Assembly: GCA_964291265.2 (NCBI GenBank)
Contig: OZ219747.1
Location: 2,976,001-3,040,000, forward strand
Source of the DNA: Alphaproteobacteria bacterium
GTDB lineage: Bacteria; Pseudomonadota; Alphaproteobacteria; SP197
DNA: 64,000 nucleotides
Direction of reading: 5' to 3'
Below the pieces are notes generated by a model. The model saw only the letters and a list, made by a program, of their open reading frames with translations. It made no database searches and was not told the origin of the DNA. Shown piece after piece: positions 49,388-59,177 of this stretch. Every line of letters begins with the position of its first letter. Within the stretch, counting starts at the first letter, position 1. The position numbers and the translations under genes are program-made.

Positions 49388-51949
49388 TCAGGCGTCGCGA
49401 CCGGATTTCCTGGCCTTTCGTGGAGCCTTTCGCCGATTCTTCGGCGAGGCCTTCCTGCGTGCGAGAAGATCGAGCGCCATCTCGAGAGTGACATCGTCGG
49501 GATCGGTTCCCGAGGGAAGCGAGGCATTGGTCCCGTCGTGCCTGACATAGGGGCCGTAGCGTCCCTTCATCACCTCGACAGGCGCCTGATCGTCCGGATG
49601 TTCGCCGAGAGTCATCAGGGCCTGGCCCCGCTTCCGGGTGCCATCGCTTTCGGCGATCAGGGTGACGGCCCTGTTGAGGCCTATCGTGAGCACGTCATCC
49701 TCGCGGAGGCTGATGTAGCGTCGACCGTGTTTGAGGTAGGGACCGTATCGGCTGATACCTGCCATGATGACGGATTTCGTTTCGGGGTGTTCGCCGACCT
49801 CCCTGGGAAGCGCGAGAAGCGCCAGGGCTGTCTCGAGCGTCATCGCCGATGGGGTGATGGAGGCGGGAACAGAAACCGTCGACGAAGCGGATCCGGACTC
49901 GCCCTTGCGGACGTAAGGACCGAACTTGCCATGGAGCAGGGTCACGGGAAGGCCCGTCTCCGGTTCCTCGCCGAGGAGGCGCGGTTCGCTGTCCTCCGGC
50001 GCGGCATTGCCGTCTCTGTCGAAGGGATTCTTGGTGTAGCGGCACTCCGGATAGGCTGAACAGCCGATGAAGGCGCCGAACTTGCCCAGTTTCAGACTGA
50101 GCGTGCCCTCCTTGCAGGACGGACAGAGGCGTGGGTTGCCGTCGCCCTGGTCAGGATAGATGTCATGCTCGAGAACCCGTTCGATACTCTCGACGATGTT
50201 CCGCAGTTCGAGGTTCCGCGTGTCGTGTGTCACTCGTTCAAAGGCGTCCCAGAAATCCCGCAGCACGGCCTTCCAGTTCGCGTTTCCGCTGGAGATCCGG
50301 TCGAGATCCTGCTCCATGTCTGCGGTGAAGGTGTACTGCACGTAGGTTCCGAAGAACGTCTCGAGGAAGGCGACGAGCAGGCGTCCGCGGTCGGCAGGAC
50401 GGAACTGCCTGCGTTCCAGGCTGACATACTCCTTGTCCTTGAGAACTCCGATGATGGGTGCGTAGGTCGAAGGCCTGCCGATGCCGAGTTCCTCGAGGCG
50501 CTTGACGAGGGTGGCTTCGGTGAGGCGCGGCGGCGGTTCCGTGAAGTGCTGTTGCGGTCTGACCTCGCCGACTTCGAGTCGGTCGCCCTTGGCAAGATCC
50601 GGCAATCTCCTGTCGCCTGCGTCGCCGTCCTTCCCGTCGGTCGATTCCCGGTACAGTCTGTTGAAGCCGTCGAAGACCATGACCGAACCGCTGGCACGCA
50701 GCCCGACTTCGCGGCCGGAATGTCCATCGGCCGGCGACCTGATATCGACAGTGGTCTGGTCGAAACGGACCTGGGCCATCTGGCTGGCGAGGGCTCGTTT
50801 CCAGATGAGCGCGTAGAGCCGTGCTTCCCTGTCCTCGAGATACCGCGCCACCGCCTCGGGCGTGCGGCTGAAATCGGTCGGCCTGATGGCCTCGTGCGCC
50901 TCCTGGGCGTTGCGGGCCCGGGTCGTGAAGGTCCTTTGTCTCTTCGGCAGGTAGGCGTCGCCGAATGTGTCGGCAATGAGACGCCGCGCGTCATGGATCG
51001 CCGCCTGGGACATGACGATGCTGTCCGTGCGCATGTAGCTGATGAGGCCGGTGGTCTCGCCGCCGATGTCGCGGCCTTCATAGAGGCGCTGGGCGTGGCG
51101 CATGGTGTCCTGAACACTGAAACCGAACCTGCGCGAGGCGTCCTGCTGCAAGGTTGAGGTGGTGAATGGCGGCGGAGGATTGCGCTTCGCTTCCTTGCGC
51201 TCCACGGCGTCGACGGCGAACACGCCGCCACGCACGCTGGAAGCAGCTTCCGTGGCCACGGTCTCGTCGGCCAGGGAGAACTTCTCGAGCCGGTCCCCAT
51301 CGAGACTGTGAAGCCGTGCGGTCAGCGACGCACCGCCCGCGGTTCCAAGATCGGCATCGACGGACCAGTACTCCCGGGGCGTGAAGCGCTCGATTTCTGC
51401 CTCGCGTTCGCAGATCAGGCGAAGGGCCACCGACTGCACGCGTCCGGCCGACTTGCAGTCGCAACCGGGCAGCTTGCGCCAGAGAACCGGCGACAGGGTG
51501 AACCCGATGAGATAATCGAGCGCCCGCCGGGCCAGCTGCGCCTCGACGAGATGCATGTCGATATCGCGGGGTTCCGCCATGGCGCCGCGCACGGCCTCCG
51601 AGGTGACCTCGTTGAAGACCACGCGCTTTACGGGACGATCCGCCGCGGCGCCGTTGTCCTTGAGCCAGTTCAGCACGTGCCAGGCGATGGCCTCGCCTTC
51701 CCGGTCGGGATCCGTGGCGAGAACCAGGGAATCGGCCTTCTCCAGCGCCGTGGAAATGGTTTCGAGCGCCTCAAGAGACCTGGAGTTGGTCTCGAAGGTC
51801 ATCTCGAAGTCACGCTCGGGCTGGACCGAACCGTTCCGCGAAGGCAGATCGCTGACGTGTCCGTAACTTGCCAGCACGGTGTAGTCTGGACCCAGATACC
51901 TGCCGATGGTCTTTGCCTTGGCAGGAGATTCAACGACAACGACCTGCAT
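49388..51949 (-). CDS. topA: Type I DNA topoisomerase
   Basis: VVESPAKAK, ATDPDREGE, SAGRVQS, ISYMRTDS, GIGRPSTY, Zn ribbon, C-terminal repeats. Confidence 0.97.
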   Translation of the reverse strand: MQVVVVESPAKAKTIGRYLGPDYTVLASYGHVSDLPSRNGSVQPERDFEMTFETNSRSLEALETISTALEKADSLVLATDPDREGEAIAWHVLNWLKDNGAAADRPVKRVVFNEVTSEAVRGAMAEPRDIDMHLVEAQLARRALDYLIGFTLSPVLWRKLPGCDCKSAGRVQSVALRLICEREAEIERFTPREYWSVDADLGTAGGASLTARLHSLDGDRLEKFSLADETVATEAASSVRGGVFAVDAVERKEAKRNPPPPFTTSTLQQDASRRFGFSVQDTMRHAQRLYEGRDIGGETTGLISYMRTDSIVMSQAAIHDARRLIADTFGDAYLPKRQRTFTTRARNAQEAHEAIRPTDFSRTPEAVARYLEDREARLYALIWKRALASQMAQVRFDQTTVDIRSPADGHSGREVGLRASGSVMVFDGFNRLYRESTDGKDGDAGDRRLPDLAKGDRLEVGEVRPQQHFTEPPPRLTEATLVKRLEELGIGRPSTYAPIIGVLKDKEYVSLERRQFRPADRGRLLVAFLETFFGTYVQYTFTADMEQDLDRISSGNANWKAVLRDFWDAFERVTHDTRNLELRNIVESIERVLEHDIYPDQGDGNPRLCPSCKEGTLSLKLGKFGAFIGCSAYPECRYTKNPFDRDGNAAPEDSEPRLLGEEPETGLPVTLLHGKFGPYVRKGESGSASSTVSVPASITPSAMTLETALALLALPREVGEHPETKSVIMAGISRYGPYLKHGRRYISLREDDVLTIGLNRAVTLIAESDGTRKRGQALMTLGEHPDDQAPVEVMKGRYGPYVRHDGTNASLPSGTDPDDVTLEMALDLLARRKASPKNRRKAPRKARKSGRDA

Positions 51950-52093
51950 GGAGATTCCCACGATCCATCCGGCACGTGCTAATTGGCACCGGTCGCGCGG
52001 TCCGTCAAGGAGGCTGCCGCTCTCCGGGGAGGTGCGGGACTGCTCATCCGGGGGCTCGCCGGCACCGCGTTCCGGACTGCTCCCCGAGGCGGG

Positions 52094-52705
52094 TTAGCGG
52101 CCGATCCGCGGTTCCTTTCCGGTCACGAGACGGCGGATGTTGGCATGGTGACGGACGACGACGAGGAAGGCGACAAGGATCATCACGCTGGCGTACTGCC
52201 CGTCGTTCGTCACCATCCAGACGGCGACCGGTGAAGCGATGATGCTCGCCATCCCGGCAACGGACGAGATCCGGGTCAGGCCCGCCGCGGCCAGCCACAC
52301 CACCAGGATGGCCAGCCCCGAATGCCAGGACAGAGCCAGGGTGACGCCCAGCGCCGTCGCCACCCCCTTGCCGCCACGGAACACCAGCCACGGGTTGAAC
52401 ACGTGTCCCACCACGACGAAGAGCGCGGCAATGACGGCCATGTCGGGACCTCCCGTGTCATGGCCGACCAAGACGGCCAGCACTCCCTTGGCGTAGTCGA
52501 GAACCAGTGTCACCGCAGCCGGAAATCGACCCGCTGTCCGCAGAACATTGGTGGCGCCGATATTGCCCGAACCGGTCCTGAGGAGGTCATGGCGTCCGGC
52601 GAGCAGTGTCGCGAACAGCCCTATGGGCAGTGAACCGAGGAGCCATGCGGCCATGGCGCCCGCCAGGAAGGGCCACAGGTAGGGCAGGGCATCGAGCGTG
52701 AGCAT
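52094..52705 (-). CDS. plsY: Glycerol-3-phosphate acyltransferase
   Basis: GSGNIGATNVLR, GGKGVATALG, RHHANIRRL. Confidence 0.93.
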   Translation of the reverse strand: MLTLDALPYLWPFLAGAMAAWLLGSLPIGLFATLLAGRHDLLRTGSGNIGATNVLRTAGRFPAAVTLVLDYAKGVLAVLVGHDTGGPDMAVIAALFVVVGHVFNPWLVFRGGKGVATALGVTLALSWHSGLAILVVWLAAAGLTRISSVAGMASIIASPVAVWMVTNDGQYASVMILVAFLVVVRHHANIRRLVTGKEPRIGR

Positions 52706-52744
52706 GCGTTCGTCGAACAAGGAAGTCTCCCGATCACCGGGGCA

Positions 52745-54142
52745 TCATCCTGCGCCCGGCAACATGCCCGGTCCAGCCCTGCGCTCCGAAGCGTCTTGTC
52801 CCGGGGGCGTGGAGGCCAGCTCCATCACCGTGCGGCCACTGACCACGGTGCGGACCACGCGGCCGGTCACCGTGCGGCCCTCGAAAGGGGAGTTCTTGGA
52901 CTTGCTCTGGAACGCCTGGTTGTCGATCCGCCAGACCATCGAGGGATCGACCAGGACGATGTCCGCCGGACTGCCGATGTCAAGCCGGCCGGCCTTGAGA
53001 CCGAGCAGGTCGGCAGGTCGGCAGGTCACGAGGGCCAGCGCATCCACAAGGCCGAGTCGTCCCGAGGACACGATTTCGAGAACCAGGGGAAGAAGTGTCT
53101 CGAGGCCGACGACGCCGAAGGCCGCCTGGGCGAAAGGTTGTCTCTTGCTGTCCTGGTCGCGTGGCTCGTGGGCCGATACGACGGCATCGATCACCCCCCC
53201 GGCCAGGGCCGCCACCAGGGCCTGGCGGTCTTCCTCGCTGCGCAATGGAGGGCGGACCTTGGTGAAGGTGAGGTAGTCGCCCACGGCACTTTCGTTCAGC
53301 ACCAGATAGTGGGGGGCAGTGTCCGCGCTGACCGGCAATCCCCGAGACTTCGCCTGGCGCACGAGGTCGGCGCTCTCGGCGGTCGTGATACTGCTGAGAT
53401 GCAGGCGTCCTCCGGTCATTTCGACGAGGCGGATGTCGCGGGCGATCATGATGGTTTCGGCTTCCGGCGCCATGCCTTCCAGGCCCAGGCGCGTCGCCGT
53501 TTCGCCGCTGTTCATGACGCCGTCTCCGGTGAGATCGAGATCCTCCGGGTGGTGCATGATCAGGGCGTCGAAGACCGTGCCATAGGCAAGGGCGCGGCGC
53601 ATGACGTTGGCGTTCATGATCGGGCGGGGCCCGTCGGAGAAGGCGAGGGCCCCGGCTTCGCCGAGCAGCCCGAGTTCGGTGAGCTGCGTGCCCTTGCGGC
53701 CCTGCGTGACGGCGGCGACGGGATGGACTTTCACGAGGGAGGTCTCCCGTGCCCGCCGTTCGACGAAGTGAACGAGAGAGACATCGTCGATGGTCGGCCT
53801 GGTGGTCGGCATGCAGGCGACCGACGTGACGCCGCCCACGGCAGCCGAGCGGCTTGCCGTGTGGATTGTCTCCTGGTGTTCGAAACCGGGTTCTCTCAAG
53901 TGCGCCCGGAGATCGACGAGGCCGGGCGCCGCGATCAGTCCGCGAGCGTCGATCACGGTGGTCCCCGGGGGAATGGTCTCGCATGTCACGAGAGGGCCAA
54001 GATCGACGATGGTCTCGCCGTCGGTGAGAATTCCGCCGGTCTCGTCACGCCGGCTTGCCGGATCGATCAGGCGCAGGTTCAGGTAGGCCGTGCGTTCCGC
54101 CTTGCGCTTCTTGATCGAGATATCGGCAAGGCGCGGCGTCAC
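52745..54142 (-). CDS. pyrC: Dihydroorotase (PyrC-like, ATCase-associated)
   Basis: [21 protein letters not shown]; directly downstream of pyrB. Confidence 0.88.
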   Translation of the reverse strand: MTPRLADISIKKRKAERTAYLNLRLIDPASRRDETGGILTDGETIVDLGPLVTCETIPPGTTVIDARGLIAAPGLVDLRAHLREPGFEHQETIHTASRSAAVGGVTSVACMPTTRPTIDDVSLVHFVERRARETSLVKVHPVAAVTQGRKGTQLTELGLLGEAGALAFSDGPRPIMNANVMRRALAYGTVFDALIMHHPEDLDLTGDGVMNSGETATRLGLEGMAPEAETIMIARDIRLVEMTGGRLHLSSITTAESADLVRQAKSRGLPVSADTAPHYLVLNESAVGDYLTFTKVRPPLRSEEDRQALVAALAGGVIDAVVSAHEPRDQDSKRQPFAQAAFGVVGLETLLPLVLEIVSSGRLGLVDALALVTCRPADLLGLKAGRLDIGSPADIVLVDPSMVWRIDNQAFQSKSKNSPFEGRTVTGRVVRTVVSGRTVMELASTPPGQDASERRAGPGMLPGAG

Positions 54143-55104
54143 TGGTTGTGTTCCGGGTGGTCGAGATTGCCGGTGAGGAGCTCGAGACAGGCCTGGCGTA
54201 TGGCGACGCCCATCTCGACCTGATCGAGGATGACGCTGCGATTGATGTCGTCGGCCACCTCGCTGTCGATCTCGACGCCCCGGTTCATCGGGCCCGGATG
54301 CATGATCAGGGCATCGGGTCTGGCGTGGGCGATCTTCTCGTAGGTCAGCCCGTAGAACTGGAAGTACTCGCGTTGGGAAGGCACGAAGCTTCCCTGCATC
54401 CGCTCCGTCTGCAGGCGCAACATCATGACGATGCCGGCGTCCTTCAGGCCCTCGGTCATGTCGTGATGAACCTCGACACCGTAACGGTCGACCCCCGGCG
54501 GCAGCAGTGTCGGAGGGGCGACGAGACGCACCCTGGCGCCCATGGTGTTGAGGAGGAGGATGTTGGAGCGGGCCACCCGGCTGTGGGCAATGTCGCCGCA
54601 GATGGCGACTGTCAGGCCGCTCAGGCGTCCGAGGCGGCGGCGGATGGTGAGCGCGTCCAGCAGGGCCTGGGTCGGATGTTCATGGCTGCCGTCGCCGGCA
54701 TTGATCACGGCGGCCCTGACGGAGCGGGCCAGGAGCTTGACCGCACCGCTGTCGGGATGCCGCACGATGAGCAGGTCGGGATGCATCGCGTTGAGGGTTG
54801 CCGCCGTGTCGACCAGGGTTTCGCCCTTCTTGATGGCACTGGTCGAGGGAGCCATGTTGATGACATCGGCGCCGAGGCGCTTGCCGGCGAGTTCGAACGA
54901 GGTCCGGGTCCGCGTCGAGTTCTCGAAGAACATGTTGATCTGGGTGCGGCCGCGCAGCAGGTCGCGCTTCTTCTCGGCGCGCCGGTTGAGCGCCACGTAG
55001 GTGTCGGCCAGGTCAAGAAGAAGGTTGATGTCGTCCCGGGACAGGTCCTCGATGCCAAGCAGGTGGCGATGAGGAAAACTCGAGGGCGTGACATCGTACG
55101 GCAT
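54139..55104 (-). CDS. pyrB: Aspartate carbamoyltransferase catalytic subunit
   Basis: [41 protein letters not shown]. Confidence 0.97.
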   Translation of the reverse strand: MPYDVTPSSFPHRHLLGIEDLSRDDINLLLDLADTYVALNRRAEKKRDLLRGRTQINMFFENSTRTRTSFELAGKRLGADVINMAPSTSAIKKGETLVDTAATLNAMHPDLLIVRHPDSGAVKLLARSVRAAVINAGDGSHEHPTQALLDALTIRRRLGRLSGLTVAICGDIAHSRVARSNILLLNTMGARVRLVAPPTLLPPGVDRYGVEVHHDMTEGLKDAGIVMMLRLQTERMQGSFVPSQREYFQFYGLTYEKIAHARPDALIMHPGPMNRGVEIDSEVADDINRSVILDQVEMGVAIRQACLELLTGNLDHPEHNQ

Positions 55105-55427
55105 GATCAAGGAAGCATACCTACACCACCACACTCCGTCCGTCATCCACAGGTTCTGTCATGTTCGCCCGCCAGTCATGATGCCCTCCGCAATCGGCAG
55201 GTCGGCAGGGCGAGGATGCGTTCGCCGAAGGGAAGCGCCGCTTCTCCGTCGAGGAGTGGGCCGAAGATGAGGGCGGTCACGTTCAAGCGCACCGGCATCA
55301 ATGCCGGGCGGGGGGCGCGGCAAGGCGGGAATCGGTCAGACGAAGATCTGGCACCTGGGCAGTTGCGGGAAAGTACTTGCTCTTTTCTCGTCGGGAAAAC
55401 TTGGTATTCATGGTCACTGGAATATGC

Positions 55428-55934
55428 ATGGTAGAAGGGTTGAACGTGGAACAAGGGATTCGTGTTGCAGATGAAGTCTGGATCGTGGCGGCATCACTGC
55501 ACCGCGATCATCCGAACCGTTCGGACTTCACTATCGGCGAAATCATGGCACGGGCCGAGTCCGAGAACGTGACGGGGAGACAGCCGCTGCGTCCGGGGGG
55601 CAGAGTGCACGCCTGTCTTCACTGCGTTGCCAACAGGCCTCCCAATCCAGGCCGGTATCGCATGCTCGTCGAAACGAAGCATGGGCGGCGGCGGCTGTTC
55701 CGGCCGGGCGACCCGTGCCACCCGCTTCGAACTGCGGGAAAGGACATGCCCAGGCGCCATGAGATCCCGAGCCGTTTTCACGACCTCATCGATTGGTACG
55801 TCGCGGAGTACGCAGGAGGAGCGTCGGACGATCCCGAAGATCCCGTCCTGTTGCTGCGAGGGCTCGGCGCGGAGATCTGGGCGGACGAGGACGCGGATGA
55901 GTATGTCCGCCGCCAGCGGTCCAGCTGGCCATGA
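55428..55934 (+). CDS. Hypothetical protein, probable antitoxin/DNA-binding partner of the PIN toxin
   Basis: Upstream of the PIN gene; C-terminus LRGLGAEIWADEDADEYVRRQRSSW resembles VapB tails; stop lies in ATGA. Confidence 0.65.
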   Translation: MVEGLNVEQGIRVADEVWIVAASLHRDHPNRSDFTIGEIMARAESENVTGRQPLRPGGRVHACLHCVANRPPNPGRYRMLVETKHGRRRLFRPGDPCHPLRTAGKDMPRRHEIPSRFHDLIDWYVAEYAGGASDDPEDPVLLLRGLGAEIWADEDADEYVRRQRSSWP

Positions 55935-55938
55935 GCAG

Positions 55939-56055
55939 GTCAGCGTTCGGTCCAGGGGTGATGATGATGACGGTGGCGACTCCGCACGGTCCCGGGTTTC
56001 GCCCGCATTCGATCAGTTCCACGATGCTCCTGTCACTGCGTGACCGAACGCTCAA
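55939..56055. mobile_element. 117-bp IS66-type MITE with 8-bp target duplication
   Basis: Ends GTCAGCGTTCGGTCC...TGACCGAACGCTCAA; ATGAGCAG duplicated at 55931-55938 and 56056-56063. Confidence 0.88.
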
Positions 56056-56478
56056 ATGAGCAGGATATTCCGGGACACCAACCTGTTCGTGTATCTCCTT
56101 GAGGACAAGGGCGAACTGACCGAGAGAGTGTTGCTTTTGCGTGAGCGAATGGTCGAACGCGACGACGAACTGCTGACTTCGGCACTGACCCTCGGCGAAC
56201 TCCTCATCAAGCCCATGGAGGCGGACAACGACTTTCTCGTACGCCGCTATGAGCAAGCGATCGCGGCCGCCGCTGCCGTGATACCGTTTGACCGGACGGC
56301 GGCCCCCGTGTTCGCAGCCATTCGCCGAGATCGGACGATCCGGCCTCCGGATGCGATCCAGCTTGCATGCGCCTCGGTGGCGGGCGTCGACCTGTTCATC
56401 ACGAACGACAGACGTCTCAGCCGGAGAGTGGTCCCCGGCATCCAGTTCATTCAATCGCTCGAAGTTGTGGCCCTTTGA
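56056..56478 (+). CDS. PIN-domain (VapC family) toxin
   Basis: IFRDTNLFVYLLE, TSALTLGELL, PDAIQLACA, FITNDRRL. Confidence 0.88.
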   Translation: MSRIFRDTNLFVYLLEDKGELTERVLLLRERMVERDDELLTSALTLGELLIKPMEADNDFLVRRYEQAIAAAAAVIPFDRTAAPVFAAIRRDRTIRPPDAIQLACASVAGVDLFITNDRRLSRRVVPGIQFIQSLEVVAL

Positions 56479-56574
56479 CCTCGGGAAGGCCCGCGATGAG
56501 CAAGGACTCTCACGTTCCAGATTGAAGCGTTCGCGATACGAACGCGGATTCGATCGTGGCGCGACGAGGTGATC

Positions 56575-56700
56575 CAGGCGCTCACCCGGGCGCCGGGTGA
56601 GCGCAGCCTCTCCGGTGTGCGCACCCGGGCCATGGTCATGAAGGCCAGCATGATGAGGATGACCGAGAGACCGTAGAACCCCGCAGGCAACACGCAAGCA
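56575..56700 (-). pseudogene. Internal fragment of the putative transposase also seen at 63080-63190
   Basis: LPAGFYGLSVILIMLAFMTMARVRTPERLR, near-identical in both places. Confidence 0.75.
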
Positions 56701-56852
56701 AGGAAGACGACACCTTTGGTGGAGGCGAACAGCACCATGGCCACCCGGGCGCTGCGTGACGGATCGATGAGGAAGAAGACGGAGTCGGCGCTGACCGCGG
56801 TCCACAGCCAGGCCTTCTGCGAGCGCCCCGAGGCCTTGAGGGACTGGATGCG
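56700..56852 (-). pseudogene. IS66 transposase, part downstream of the intron insertion (truncated)
   Basis: RIQSLKASGRSQKAWLWTAVSADSVFFLIDPSRS, in-frame continuation of HGDETSW at 60738. Confidence 0.8.
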
Positions 56853-57027
56853 GTGTGCCAGCATCCATGTTTCCCGGCAAGGTTTTTTGCGGGTGTCCGT
56901 GGTGATGTTTTCTGTGGTTGTCCACAGCGGTCTGGGGTTCCGCCTTGTCGATGTTCTTGTCCTGCGAGCGAGGCGACATGCAGCTTGTGGTCCCGGCGGC
57001 ATGGGCGGGTTGTTGTCCATTGATCAT

Positions 57028-57220
57028 GGTAACGTTACCGGCGAGTGCGGTCGCTTTGCCGCCGGCGTTCCCGGACATGGTAACGTTACCGTGTTTGATG
57101 AAGTTCCAGGTGTCATGCGTCCCGGCGGCATGAGCGAGTTGCCGTCCATTGATCACGGTAACGTTACCGATGAGCGCGGCCACCTTGCCGCCCAGCGTCC
57201 CCGGGCATGGTAACGTTACC
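57028..57220. repeat. Four perfect palindromes GGTAACGTTACC within a ~130-bp tandem duplication
   Basis: At 57028, 57079, 57157, 57209. Confidence 0.92.
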
Positions 57221-57242
57221 GTGATCAAGGGGGTTCCAGGTG

Positions 57243-57533
57243 TCATGTGTCCCGTCCGTAGCCGCGCGGCGGTTCGATCTCCTCGAGAGCCTCGATGTCG
57301 GCCTCGACGATGATCTGCAGACGTTCTCCGTAAGCCGTGTCGCGCAGGGAGTCGGGAAGACTGTCGAGACAGTCTCGATAATGCTCCTGCAATGCACCGA
57401 GCTCGGCCACCGCATCGCGCCAGCGTTGCGCACGGGAACGACGGTCGCAGGGCTTTCGGTGGTGGACGGCAGGGATGCCGGCCTTGCGGCGTTCCCGATA
57501 ACGGCGCTGCTTCTCGGCAGGGGTGAGGGCCAT
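57243..57533 (-). CDS. 96-aa basic/helical hypothetical protein
   Basis: AAGGAG RBS; MALTPAEKQRRYRERRK...EIEPPRGYGRDT; degenerate second copy at ~27860-28085. Confidence 0.7.
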   Translation of the reverse strand: MALTPAEKQRRYRERRKAGIPAVHHRKPCDRRSRAQRWRDAVAELGALQEHYRDCLDSLPDSLRDTAYGERLQIIVEADIEALEEIEPPRGYGRDT

Positions 57534-57562
57534 GAGGGTGTCTCCTTCGCTCACTCGCAAGG

Positions 57563-58715
<1,153 letters not shown>

Positions 58716-59177
58716 CTCTGCAACCATAGACCGGGCCCTCTCCCACAGTCGGGGTTGTCCACATTTTCCCGCCGCCAACCGCTGTGGATGATTGCATCAT
58801 CACGGGGACAAAACCTGGTCATATAAGGCGAACTGGCGGAAGGTAGGGGGTGAAAGTCCCCTGAAACGAAGGAGTAACCAAACCACGTTTCTCCGCGAGC
58901 CGTGCGTCGGTTCCCGCGAGGGGGCAGGCGAAGCGTCGGTAGCGGTACGGATGGGCAGGGCTAATGAGCACCGAAAAGTCCGTTGTTCGGGGTGCCGAGG
59001 CTTTCGCATCGGTCGAAGGCAACATCGCAGGCATCGATTTGGTGAGATGTCGGCGAGCCCCGCGGTGTCGGAGAACCCATGCACGTCCGCACGCCTTCTG
59101 TTGGGACCCTGGGAGGTCTTCGAACTATCCCGCCTGTCGTGGCGGGACCGTGTAGGGAAAGGAGAAAGCCGAAGCCT

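Noticed and set aside
57020-57230. Possible CRISPR array (regularly spaced palindromic repeats)
   Set aside because: Repeat core is only 12-14 bp, the intervening sequences are themselves duplicated (~130-bp tandem unit), and no cas genes are present
58790-58820. Intron 5' end at ~58792, or an IS66 HGDET-like remnant (HGDKTW)
   Set aside because: No GTGYG here and the flank does not continue the IS66 frame; both conditions are met at 56853, so this is better read as the IS110 left junction
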